64,000 nucleotides of DNA from Armatimonadota bacterium (GTDB lineage: Bacteria; Armatimonadota; UBA5829; DTLH01): assembly GCA_039679675.1 (NCBI GenBank), contig JBDKUN010000065.1:1-64000 (forward strand). Direction: 5' to 3'. Positions 19,790 to 31,624 of this stretch are shown one piece after another (the stretch's first letter is position 1; each line of letters starts with the position of its first letter). Under the pieces are notes generated by a model. The model was not told the DNA's origin, did not search any database, and saw only the letters and a list, made by a program, of their open reading frames with translations. The position numbers and the translations under genes were made by a program.

Positions 19790-20521
19790 CTATACAGACG
19801 ACAAGAGCAATATTCCTACGACTGCGAGCGCGCCGCACCCTGAAACTATGGCTCCGAGCACCGGGCTCATCATGGCAAAAGACACGATAGTGACAGCGAG
19901 CCAGCAGACTCCAAGCGCTATACGCCAGAAATTCTTCGCCGCCCAATCCATACGAGATGGATTACCGGCCTTTGAGTAGACGAGCGGCTGCTGGCATATC
20001 CTGCACGTAGTTGATCCCCATAAATTAGCAGAATGGCATACCTGGCAGATGACCGTCTTGCAGTCTCGCAGATCCCTTTCATTCCGCCACTGCCGCAGTG
20101 TATGGCCTTCCTTCATGGAATTCGGCGATATCTGGACAACCAGTTCCATCGCGGCAATCGCCTGGTCCAAATCCCCAAGCATATAATAAGCCTCAGCAAA
20201 AAGGCCCCTTGCTGCGGTGTTCCGTGGGTCGGCCTGAATTGCTCTCTCGTATTCCTTGATCTTATCGCGGTAATACTGCTTGATCCCAAGTTTTTGATTG
20301 CAGTAGAGAGCCCATCCCACCGACGCCATGATCGCTATTAATACGAACACAGCGGCACCGAACTCTCTTCTGCTTGTCAGAGCAAAAAGGCCGAAGCCCA
20401 GACATCCGTAGACCCCGGTCAACACAAAGAATTCGACACCACTTATGAGCCCGTCCGCCCACCATTTGCTCGTGAGCAGCAAAACGACCAGTGCCGCAGC
20501 AATCCCAACAAAGAGAAGCAC
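19790..20521 (-). CDS. Membrane protein with TPR and zinc-ribbon
   Basis: TM segments, TPR (AEAYYMLGDLDQAIAAMELVVQISP), CQVC..CRIC. Confidence 0.75.
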   Translation of the reverse strand: MLLFVGIAAALVVLLLTSKWWADGLISGVEFFVLTGVYGCLGFGLFALTSRREFGAAVFVLIAIMASVGWALYCNQKLGIKQYYRDKIKEYERAIQADPRNTAARGLFAEAYYMLGDLDQAIAAMELVVQISPNSMKEGHTLRQWRNERDLRDCKTVICQVCHSANLWGSTTCRICQQPLVYSKAGNPSRMDWAAKNFWRIALGVCWLAVTIVSFAMMSPVLGAIVSGCGALAVVGILLLSSV

Positions 20522-20542
20522 GGATTTCTCCTTGTCTACCCG

Positions 20543-21367
20543 CTACTTGGCAGGTGAACCGGCTGTCAAAGGCTCTACATCCACTCCGATATTAGCTTCC
20601 ACCTTTTCTGGAGCATCCGTCTGTTGTTTACTGTTGTTTAGCTTGACTGTCATCTCCGCATGAGATTTCATCAGCTTGCATCCATCAAGTGAATAGTTCG
20701 TAACAACAAACCCCTTTGCACTGTAATCTTCTCCGGGAGGCGGCAAAACGGTAAGTTCAGCCCTCACCTTTGCGGTATCTTTTCCATTCAAGCTCTCGAT
20801 AGACTCGAACCTACACGCAAAATCGTATTTTTCCGGTTCCGGCGGAAGCGACATCATCTTCTTCCATGCCGACCCTACACTTACATCTCCGGCAGGCGCA
20901 TTAGGACGGAAGAGCAATATCAGGTTCTTCGAATTGATCCCCGGCATTTTGAGCTCGGATGAACCGGATGTCAAAAGCTGTTTAATCTCACCGTTTTTAT
21001 CTATAAGCGCTGTAGTCGTGGGAAAGATGCTTACCGGAAGCACCATCCTCTGCCCGCCAATAACAGCGGAGGCATCCTGGGCTGCTATGCTTACCGGCAT
21101 TGAACCGTCGGAAGCCGGTTCCCCAACCTTAACGGAGATCACCAGGTCCACCACCGTATCTATTGGTTCCGGCTTCGATGCCCCAGGCAAAATCGTGTTG
21201 CCAGTCGCTGTGACTTTCACCTTGTAACGAAGCTGCTCTCCGGCTTTCATTACCGGCGTAAGATTTGCCGTCTTGGGTGTAGGTTGCGCAGGTTGTGCAG
21301 TCTCCTCAGCCACCGCGTAAGAGAAAAGACCTAATACTGCCAGAATAACTAGCCATATGTGACGCAT
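20543..21367 (-). CDS. Secreted hypothetical protein
   Basis: Signal peptide, beta-rich body, GAGGG RBS. Confidence 0.75.
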   Translation of the reverse strand: MRHIWLVILAVLGLFSYAVAEETAQPAQPTPKTANLTPVMKAGEQLRYKVKVTATGNTILPGASKPEPIDTVVDLVISVKVGEPASDGSMPVSIAAQDASAVIGGQRMVLPVSIFPTTTALIDKNGEIKQLLTSGSSELKMPGINSKNLILLFRPNAPAGDVSVGSAWKKMMSLPPEPEKYDFACRFESIESLNGKDTAKVRAELTVLPPPGEDYSAKGFVVTNYSLDGCKLMKSHAEMTVKLNNSKQQTDAPEKVEANIGVDVEPLTAGSPAK

Positions 21368-21582
21368 ATTTACCCTCGCCTTTCCATTTTAGACTTATAG
21401 ATCGACCTGTTAATTATACTCAGACGTACCATACGGGTCAAACCTCGCCAGAGTTTAAATTCATCAAAATTCCGGTATAAAATGGGTGCATTCCTATTTG
21501 GCCATAGATTTGGGATGCAGCCGTGTAAAATCTGAAATACAAGGCCGCCACAGAGCCGTATGAGGGGGTGCATGCATTGCTT

Positions 21583-22014
21583 ATGAAGATTTTCCCGATA
21601 GCTCTTGCACTGGCAATCGCCATCGGCCTTCTTACGGAGTTGGCATTCACCAAAACAAAGGTATATACCATAAAATCAGCATCCACCGACGCGGATTCCA
21701 ACATCGTGAGCATTCAAGGGGCTGTGCGAAAAGTCGGACACAACCGTTATGTGCTCATAGACAGCACAGGCCACGCGGAACTTCAGACATGCCCTCTTTG
21801 GTACCGCACTATAGAGCTGAAAATGGACGAAAATGTCACAGTGACGGGTGATATTCTGGAGAACAGCAGGGCACGAAAAGGATCCCTCTATGTGCTGGAT
21901 GTTTATAGGATAGTAAGAAACGGAAAACCGGAGATAGTCCTTCGATCAAGACCGGGCAAACCTCCCTGGGCTTCCGGCGTTGTCCGCTGCGGTAACAGTT
22001 CCCCTACCCCATAG
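21583..22014 (+). CDS. Secreted OB-fold-like hypothetical protein
   Basis: N-terminal hydrophobic segment; VSIQGAV..YVLIDSTG..VTVTG pattern; start uncertain (21568 or 21583). Confidence 0.65.
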   Translation: MKIFPIALALAIAIGLLTELAFTKTKVYTIKSASTDADSNIVSIQGAVRKVGHNRYVLIDSTGHAELQTCPLWYRTIELKMDENVTVTGDILENSRARKGSLYVLDVYRIVRNGKPEIVLRSRPGKPPWASGVVRCGNSSPTP

Positions 22015-22098
22015 GCCATCAGTACTCACCTCACAAGAGGAATCACACTCTGCCGGGCTGTAATAGACAGTGTAAATCGATTCAAAATTGGAGGACTG

Positions 22099-22884
22099 AT
22101 GGAATTACGCGAGTTCATTACCGATACGGCAAGAGGAGCCGGTGAGATCATCCTGAGCCACTACGGGCAGATAAAGACCAAACACGCAAAAGAAGGCCGT
22201 GGAGACATTGTCACCGAGGTGGATATCGAAAGCGAAAGTTATGTCATCCGCAGGATAAAAGAGGAGTTTCCAAACCACAGCATAGTCTCGGAAGAATCCG
22301 GTAAGGCTGGTACGCCTGATACGGGCTACACGTGGTATATCGACCCTCTTGACGGCACGCGGAACTATGCTCTCGGAATCCCGTTCTTCTGTGTATCGAT
22401 TGCCCTTGCAAAAGACGGTGTCGCAGAGTATGGAGTTATCTTTGATCCGCTTCACAATGAGCTGTTCTATGCAGCTAAAGGACAAGGCGCAATGCTGAAC
22501 AGCAGGTTAATCAAAGTCTCCGGAGAGATCGATCTGGAGGACTCGGTTATTACCGTAAGCTGGCTCAGGAGCAGGACTGCTTATTCCAAATTTGCAAACT
22601 ATATCGAAAGAATATCGAGCAACACCTCATATTTCCGCAGGTTCGGTTCAGCCGCGCTTGTCTCCGCATATGTAGCTGCTGGAAGAGTGGATGCATACAT
22701 GCAGGGAGCGATCAACCCGTGGGACATCGCGGCGGGCACGCTGATCATCGAAGAAGCCGGAGGCATAGTCACCGATTTCGAGGGACGCCCCATAGACCTT
22801 CGTAAACCCTATATAGACATCCTTGCTGCCACACCGGTAATACACGAAAAGATCATGCGTAAAGTTTTGGGGATAAAAGGTTAA
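22099..22884 (+). CDS. suhB: Inositol monophosphatase family protein
   Basis: VTEVD, SEE, WYIDPLDGTRNY, GSAAL, PWDIAAG. Confidence 0.9.
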   Translation: MELREFITDTARGAGEIILSHYGQIKTKHAKEGRGDIVTEVDIESESYVIRRIKEEFPNHSIVSEESGKAGTPDTGYTWYIDPLDGTRNYALGIPFFCVSIALAKDGVAEYGVIFDPLHNELFYAAKGQGAMLNSRLIKVSGEIDLEDSVITVSWLRSRTAYSKFANYIERISSNTSYFRRFGSAALVSAYVAAGRVDAYMQGAINPWDIAAGTLIIEEAGGIVTDFEGRPIDLRKPYIDILAATPVIHEKIMRKVLGIKG

Positions 22885-22945
22885 AACCGGTAACTCTCCC
22901 AGTAATGGCTTATATGGCTACACGGCATAATCATAATGTAAGACG

Positions 22946-23041
22946 CTACAGCGATAATAGCAAACCCGTCGAAAGGCGGGGACGCAAAGCCATTGGGCCT
23001 ACAGGATTCTCCTCCTACGGTTGCCAGGCTGCCGAAAGTAG
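22946..23041 (+). ncRNA. GEMM-I (c-di-GMP-I family) riboswitch, A20 variant (cyclic AMP-GMP type)
   Basis: GATAATAGCAAACCCGTC-GAAA-GGCGGGGACGCAAAGCC...GGCTGCCGAA; GNRA tetraloop in P2, GACGCAAAGC junction, CTAC/GTAG closing P1. Confidence 0.9.
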
Positions 23042-23182
23042 AGTTGCGTCCCGCTTGGGATGCGATGGTGCCGCTTCGTCTTGAGACGCCCTCTGGCTGA
23101 TCGCCTTCAGACGTTTCAAGACGGGGCGGGTCCGGGTTTTTGGCAGACAGGTAACTTAACGCTTGCGGGGGAGGGTCCGAAA

Positions 23183-23374
23183 ATGACTACACAAAAAGCA
23201 AGACCTCATGTTGGTACAGATTGCACGGCCGTCCGAACCGGCAGGCTCGGTAGCGTGCAGACAGTCACTACCCATATACATCAATCCAGTTTTATTCCCT
23301 TTTACGGAGCTTATCTAGCGGGCGACATTGAAGATGTATGCCTCGATAAAGCCGCCAGACGGCAGTATATCTAA
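23183..23374 (+). CDS. Small hypothetical protein (63 aa) downstream of the riboswitch
   Basis: GGAGGG RBS then ATG at 23183; first ORF after the riboswitch and long hairpin. Confidence 0.45.
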   Translation: MTTQKARPHVGTDCTAVRTGRLGSVQTVTTHIHQSSFIPFYGAYLAGDIEDVCLDKAARRQYI

Positions 23375-23549
23375 AGAGTTTCGAGTCTCGAAACTCTACC
23401 GGAAGGAGTTTTGGCTGAAACAATGTTACATTAATTGCCAAACTCTGTAGGGAAAGGAGGGTGCACCGTCCGACCGGATTACGATTAGAGACAACTGAAT
23501 ATACAATCAAATATTAAAACTGAATATTACAACTGAATATCCGACGCCG

Positions 23550-23599
23550 ACGTGGCAGCAGGCCGCCGGGCATACCGGCGGCCTGCTGCCACGTTTTTT
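23550..23599 (+). terminator. Very strong Rho-independent terminator
   Basis: 20-bp perfect stem ACGTGGCAGCAGGCCGCCGG-GCATA-CCGGCGGCCTGCTGCCACGT plus a T-run. Confidence 0.9.
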
Positions 23600-23820
23600 C
23601 ATAAAGCAGGTTTGGTATTTGCCGGTTTGTGGCAAGTAATGCACAACAACAATAATTACCGCAGTAGACTATTTTGTTTTTACGCAGAATATGTCCGTGT
23701 TCGCCGTTGACAGTGGCAGACTCTCATGGTACCCTGTCTTTGAATGATAGAGTAAAGTGTGGATTCATCCAAGCGCTTATGCTATAAAAACAGACACTCC
23801 TTCAAATCGGACAAAACGCC

Positions 23821-25131
23821 ATGAACAGATACGAGATTGACGCTCTTGTAGATCGAGGCGACGACTTTTATCAAGACGGCGATTACGATAAAGCCATCGA
23901 CTTCTACATTCGCGCCCTTGAAATGGATGTCAAAAACCAGGAAGCTCTTGAGGGGCTTGGACAAGCTTACGCCGCTCAGTGCAACTGGAGCCGTGCAGCG
24001 GCAGTCTTCGAACAGCTCGTGGAAGTGGACAAAAAGTGCGCGTCATCCCATTACCTTCTTGGACACACCCTGGGAGCACTCGGAGAGCATGACCGCGCAC
24101 TTGAGGAGCTTTACCTGGCCGAATCCCTCGGCTACTGTCTGGGCGACCTCCATTCCGCTATCGGCTACGCGCTGCACATGAAAGGCGATATTGAGAATGC
24201 TATTGAGTCTTATCAGATAGCACTCGATCTCGACCCGGACGATACCATCACGATGTTCAACTACGGTAAAGCCCTGATAGCTCAACGCAGCTTCGTAGCC
24301 GCCCGGCACGTACTCGAACATGCTCTGAATATCGATCCCGAAGACGCTCAGACATGGATAGCCCTCGGTGAGGTCTACGAAGACCTCGATGAACTGGATC
24401 TGGCTTTTCATGCCTATCAACGCGCACTGGACCTCGACCCTGAGAGCCCTGAAACAAAATGCCTTTCAGCGCATGCCAGCCTTATGCTCGGCCATTACGA
24501 AGAAGCTGAACACGATTACATGCAGGTAGTAGAGCAGCATCCTGATGACAGCGAGGCATGGGCCGGTCTTGGCGAAGTCCTGATAGCGCAGGAAAGATAC
24601 CATGAGGCTGTAACCGCCTGCCGGAAAGCACTTGATGGGGATCCTCCGTCAATATACGGGCTTCCGGGTTACATCAATGCCTGCGAACACACAGGAGATT
24701 TCAACGAGGCGCGAAGGGCAGTAAATGAATCTATCCGAAAAGACCGGAATAATTCAGACCTCTGGTACCTTTTGGCAGGGATAGAGGCTTCTGCCGACAA
24801 GCCTGAGCAGGCACTTCTGGCCTATCAGCGTGCTACAAAGCTGAATCCTTGTGACGCTGCCTCACATGCCGGTGTCGGATGGGCGTTGATAGAGCTTCAA
24901 AAGGATTATGCGCTTGCAGAGATACATCTTTTAGAGTCCGTAAGACTTGCTCCTGATTGGTATTATCCGTGTCTGCAGCTTGGAGAGCTGTTTTTGAAAA
25001 AACAGGACCGGCACAGCGCGGTCGAATGGTTTACCCGTGCAATAGAGATAGCTCCGAATGATCCTGAAGTCCAGGAAACGATGTGCGACCCGGAAATCCG
25101 TGGGCTCCTGAGAGATTACCGCGCACAGTAA
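23821..25131 (+). CDS. Tetratricopeptide repeat protein
   Basis: About 11 TPR units (A..G..Y...G.Y..A...Y..AL.LDP). Confidence 0.9.
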   Translation: MNRYEIDALVDRGDDFYQDGDYDKAIDFYIRALEMDVKNQEALEGLGQAYAAQCNWSRAAAVFEQLVEVDKKCASSHYLLGHTLGALGEHDRALEELYLAESLGYCLGDLHSAIGYALHMKGDIENAIESYQIALDLDPDDTITMFNYGKALIAQRSFVAARHVLEHALNIDPEDAQTWIALGEVYEDLDELDLAFHAYQRALDLDPESPETKCLSAHASLMLGHYEEAEHDYMQVVEQHPDDSEAWAGLGEVLIAQERYHEAVTACRKALDGDPPSIYGLPGYINACEHTGDFNEARRAVNESIRKDRNNSDLWYLLAGIEASADKPEQALLAYQRATKLNPCDAASHAGVGWALIELQKDYALAEIHLLESVRLAPDWYYPCLQLGELFLKKQDRHSAVEWFTRAIEIAPNDPEVQETMCDPEIRGLLRDYRAQ

Positions 25132-25193
25132 AAAGCGGCCGATGGAAAATACCACCGACCGCGTTCCGATCTCTTATTACGACTCGCTCTTTT

Positions 25194-25367
25194 TTAAGGC
25201 TCGTCCTCCATCAGGTACTCAGAAGGTTCGCCCACGTATTCTTCCGGCGCTTCGCGGAACTCATCACGGCATTCCTCACTACAAAAGTAATAAGTCTGAC
25301 CTTGATAAGATGCCGTTAACGCCTCCTCTTCATCTATCTGCATACCGCATACCGGGTCTATAGGCAT
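25194..25367 (-). CDS. YHS-domain protein
   Basis: DPVCGM..YQGQTYYFCSEEC..F...PEEY; GGAGGTG RBS before the ATG at 25367. Confidence 0.9.
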   Translation of the reverse strand: MPIDPVCGMQIDEEEALTASYQGQTYYFCSEECRDEFREAPEEYVGEPSEYLMEDEP

Positions 25368-25546
25368 TTTAGCCACCTCCTGCTTATTTTTTCGGACAGG
25401 ACGCTAGAACCGTACCTGCTCGACGTTCTACCCATTAGCAGCAGCCTGTAAACTGACCGCTTCTTTATATCACAAATGCTCCGATTTTAATTTGACTTAG
25501 AACGCTAAAAATGGTAAACTTTTTGCTTGGTGAGGAAAGTATCAGG

Positions 25547-26352
25547 ATGTCAAAAGAGCCTCAAATGTATGTATTCGATCTCGACGGTGTAATATACCGT
25601 GGAGACATGCCTCTACCGCATGCCAGTGAAACATTGCGGGAACTCAGGCACCGCAACCGCAAAATCTTCTTCTTCACCAATAACGCCACCAAATCGCGTG
25701 AAGACTACCGCTCCAAGCTGGAAAGAATGAAAATTCCAGTCTCGCTGGACGAGATCATGACCTCAGCTTACGCCACATCGCTCTACTTCAAGGAAAGCAA
25801 CAAAATCGGCGGGCGCGTGTACGTAGTCGGTGAGTCCGGACTCGTAAGAGAGATGGAATCCGCAGGAATGGAAGTCGTCAGAAACGACGATTTAGAGCAT
25901 ATCGACTTTGTAGTAGTCGGGTTGGACAAGCAGTTTACTTATGATAAGCTCGCAAAGGCTCAACAGGCTATTTTGAACGGAGCCGAGTTCATCGCGACCA
26001 ATACGGACGCAACATTCCCTATTGAATACGGCGTCGTCATCCCGGGCGGAGGTGCGATTGTCAGTGCGGTTGCTACGGCGGCGGGGACCGAGCCGTTTGT
26101 GGTCGGAAAGCCGCGCACTTACGCGCTGAAGAAGATCATCGAGATAGCCGGAAGCACTCAGGATAGAAGCGTTATGGTCGGAGACAGGCTCGAAACGGAC
26201 ATACTCGGCGGCAACCGGATGGGTATGCCCACCGTGCTCATCACGACAGGTGTCTCTACCCGCAGCGATGCGGAGAACGCACTTGGCGATATGAAGCCAG
26301 CAAGAATAATCGATGACCTGATCGAGCTTCTGGACGAGTCGGAGAACCTGCG

Positions 26353-26356
<4 letters not shown>
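25547..26356 (+). CDS. HAD-IIA family hydrolase (NagD-like)
   Basis: FDLDGVIY, FTNNAT, VGKP, VGDRLETDILGG; start uncertain (25511 or 25547). Confidence 0.9.
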
Positions 26357-28828
<2,472 letters not shown>

Positions 28829-28920
28829 AAAGCACTTGATAGCTTACCTGATATTATGATATAACCGGGTGTACCGACAATTTGTACGCTCGGTTATTTT
28901 CATTGCAATGGAGTGGCACT

Positions 28921-29970
28921 ATGACATCGGCTCACAAGCACGGCTCATTCATCATATTCCTTATAATCATATCCATAGGGCTTTTATCCGCCCAGTTGTC
29001 ATCAGCAGCTGTAAAAAAGCCAGTAAAGAAACCAACAGCGAAACTGCAGGTAAAACTCGCATCAACTGCTCAACCGGATGCCAAACCGATTGAGTTTCTG
29101 TTCCTGCCGCCTGATGGAACTACATATGTGGAATCGTTCAAAGGAACGAGAATTGTAAGCGTAGACGGGCTTAAACGTATACCGCAGACCACCGAATGGA
29201 AGACACGTGTCACTATCACCAGAACTACCGATGGCTACCATGTTGTCCGGACGCCGGTCTCCTATTCCACGAGCGATATCGACGAAGATTCGATGCAGTC
29301 CATAGTTACACGGTGTCTCAGGACGGCCAAGCTCGAATATGATCTTGAGCTGACCGGATATTGCTCCACAGTCGTGGGAATGGACAAAGTCCTTGATGAG
29401 ATAAATTCAAAAATCGAGAAGCTAAAGAAAGACCATCGCATATCCGATGACTCCGAAGATAGCGATGAAGATGAGAGCAACGACACGCTGCTCAAAAACC
29501 TTACTATCTCGGAGGAAAACTCATGGAGCACAAGATATATGGATCTGATGGGCCTCTATATAAAGCCTGGAGAGTCCATGGAAGAAAGCCATGAGATGTC
29601 GATATATGCCGGAATATCTTCACCTGGAACTATTGCTACCGAGGTATTGGGGATGCAGAAAGTCGGTAACTATGATTGTGCAAAAGTGCAGTATACGATG
29701 CATACAAACAGCAATAAGCCCAGTAAATATATAGAGCGAATGCTTGAGATGATGTTTTTATCCTATACCGCGATGCAATCGAGCTATTACGGTATCTCGC
29801 GCTTCTCTGCATCTGAAACACGGGAATGCCTTGTCGAGCCGGCCACCTTACTTATACACTCCGAGTCTTCCAAGTCCAACTCGGTAGTGGAGATAGACTT
29901 TGAGAACGACATGAAAACTACGATCTCATTCGATGAATACGAACAGTATAACTTTGATTACGAAAAATAG
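28921..29970 (+). CDS. Secreted hypothetical protein (paralog 1)
   Basis: Signal-like N-terminus; FLPPDGTTYVE..KTRVTI..GYH and C-terminal DEYEQYNFDY shared with the next gene. Confidence 0.75.
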   Translation: MTSAHKHGSFIIFLIIISIGLLSAQLSSAAVKKPVKKPTAKLQVKLASTAQPDAKPIEFLFLPPDGTTYVESFKGTRIVSVDGLKRIPQTTEWKTRVTITRTTDGYHVVRTPVSYSTSDIDEDSMQSIVTRCLRTAKLEYDLELTGYCSTVVGMDKVLDEINSKIEKLKKDHRISDDSEDSDEDESNDTLLKNLTISEENSWSTRYMDLMGLYIKPGESMEESHEMSIYAGISSPGTIATEVLGMQKVGNYDCAKVQYTMHTNSNKPSKYIERMLEMMFLSYTAMQSSYYGISRFSASETRECLVEPATLLIHSESSKSNSVVEIDFENDMKTTISFDEYEQYNFDYEK

Positions 29971-29986
29971 ATGGAGGTGACTGAAG

Positions 29987-30964
29987 GTGAACATGAACAC
30001 GATGAAATCCGTATCCAGAGTCTTGATTATCGCCGCATTAATGCTTGTTACCGGGTATGCGCAGGCAGAAGCAGCGAAGTTGGGTAAAGGTGTAGCCTTC
30101 AGGTTCAATCCACCCGATGGGACCACCTTCGTAGAAACATACAAGCATACGACTAAAAAGAGCCTTTTCGGCATTGCCTCAAAACCCATTATTATAACCA
30201 CTAAAACCAGGATAACGATCAAAAAGACTGACAAGGGGTATCATGCTACCAAAATACCTATCTACTACAATATGGAGGGTATCCCTAGCATTTTCGGCAA
30301 CCCCGCAAGAGACGCGATCATAAAATTTCTGGATTGTACAGTGGTGGAATATGAACTGGACAAAGAGGGTAAATGTATCGGAGTCGTAGGTATCGAAAAA
30401 ATGGCTGATGAAATAGAAGCGGAAGTGCGAAAAATCGCTCCCCGTGGAATGCGTTTGAACCCGCAGATAATTATGTCGATGATAGAATCGGCAGCTTCAA
30501 TTGAAGCTGCGCGGTGGGATGCTAGATTCAGCGCTATGGCCGGACACTATATGAACGTTGGAGAGTCAGTAAAAGCATCGACTCCAAGAGAACTCCCATA
30601 TAGTGGAGAGTTGATCAAAGAAAACTGCGTGACAAAGCTCTCTGAACTTGTCAAAGTGGGAGGCAAAGAGTTCGCCAGAGTCCAACGCAGTTCCACGCTG
30701 GATAATGAAACGTTGTGCGATTGGTATAATAAGAGCAAAACGGTAATATTCAGCAGTGATGGAGGATATAATTATGAGTCTGCGGAAGTCTCCAGCGCTC
30801 AAGATATAGAAAAGATTGAGTATACAATCGATCCTTCCACTCAGTTGCCACATTCGATCTCCTCGAAGTCCACTACAAAGATTGTGGGCTCCGTATCAGA
30901 TACCAGTAATATACAATTCTTGTCTGATGAGTGGGAGCAGTATACTTATGATTATTCCAAATGA
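29987..30964 (+). CDS. Secreted hypothetical protein (paralog 2)
   Basis: Signal peptide; FNPPDGTTFVE..KTRITI..GYH, DEWEQYTYDY. Confidence 0.78.
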   Translation: MNMNTMKSVSRVLIIAALMLVTGYAQAEAAKLGKGVAFRFNPPDGTTFVETYKHTTKKSLFGIASKPIIITTKTRITIKKTDKGYHATKIPIYYNMEGIPSIFGNPARDAIIKFLDCTVVEYELDKEGKCIGVVGIEKMADEIEAEVRKIAPRGMRLNPQIIMSMIESAASIEAARWDARFSAMAGHYMNVGESVKASTPRELPYSGELIKENCVTKLSELVKVGGKEFARVQRSSTLDNETLCDWYNKSKTVIFSSDGGYNYESAEVSSAQDIEKIEYTIDPSTQLPHSISSKSTTKIVGSVSDTSNIQFLSDEWEQYTYDYSK

Positions 30965-31088
30965 CCTGAAACGTTAGTATATCGACGTTTCAATAAGGCT
31001 ATCTTCACGTATATATTCATGGCGGTGCGCCTGCAGGCGCGCTGACTAACGGGAATCGGCAATATTCCCATGAAGTGAGTTCACATAA

Positions 31089-31490
31089 GTGGAAAGCAGC
31101 GAAGGATGGCTCAGGCTGAGAAAATCTTCCGAGGCTAACTGGGTGCAGGCAAGGGCAGATTACGCAACTGCCGTTACGCTCCTTGATGCCGGTGTCTACT
31201 ATGCCAGTGTCTTCTTCAGCCAGCAGGCTGCTGAAAAGGCGCTGAAGGCGTATACTATCGATAAAACAGGCAAGAATCCCAAGGGGCACAACCTGATCCA
31301 AATGGCTAACAATCTGGATGCCCCCCTTGAGGTCATGAACGCAGCAGCAGAGCTGAACCCTGAGTTTCTTGCAACCAGGAACCCGGAAGCATCGGACGGC
31401 GTGCCCGCGCAGATTTATGACCGCAAAAGTGCGAGGATGCATCTCAGGTCCGCTCAGACCGTAGTTGACTGGATCAAAGCTGTTATTTAA
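31089..31490 (+). CDS. HEPN domain protein
   Basis: W..ARAD...A..LL..G.Y..SVFFSQQAAEKALKA..GHNL..TRNP pattern. Confidence 0.85.
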   Translation: MESSEGWLRLRKSSEANWVQARADYATAVTLLDAGVYYASVFFSQQAAEKALKAYTIDKTGKNPKGHNLIQMANNLDAPLEVMNAAAELNPEFLATRNPEASDGVPAQIYDRKSARMHLRSAQTVVDWIKAVI

Positions 31491-31624
31491 TGAGTTTCAG
31501 GTGACACCTGAAACTATCCCGGAAGATTTTCGGCAACAGCCATGCAATTAGTCGTTAGGTGACCAGCCGAAAATCTATAAACCGCACTATTCACTATCAA
31601 GACAAGCTAAGGGAATCGAATAAC

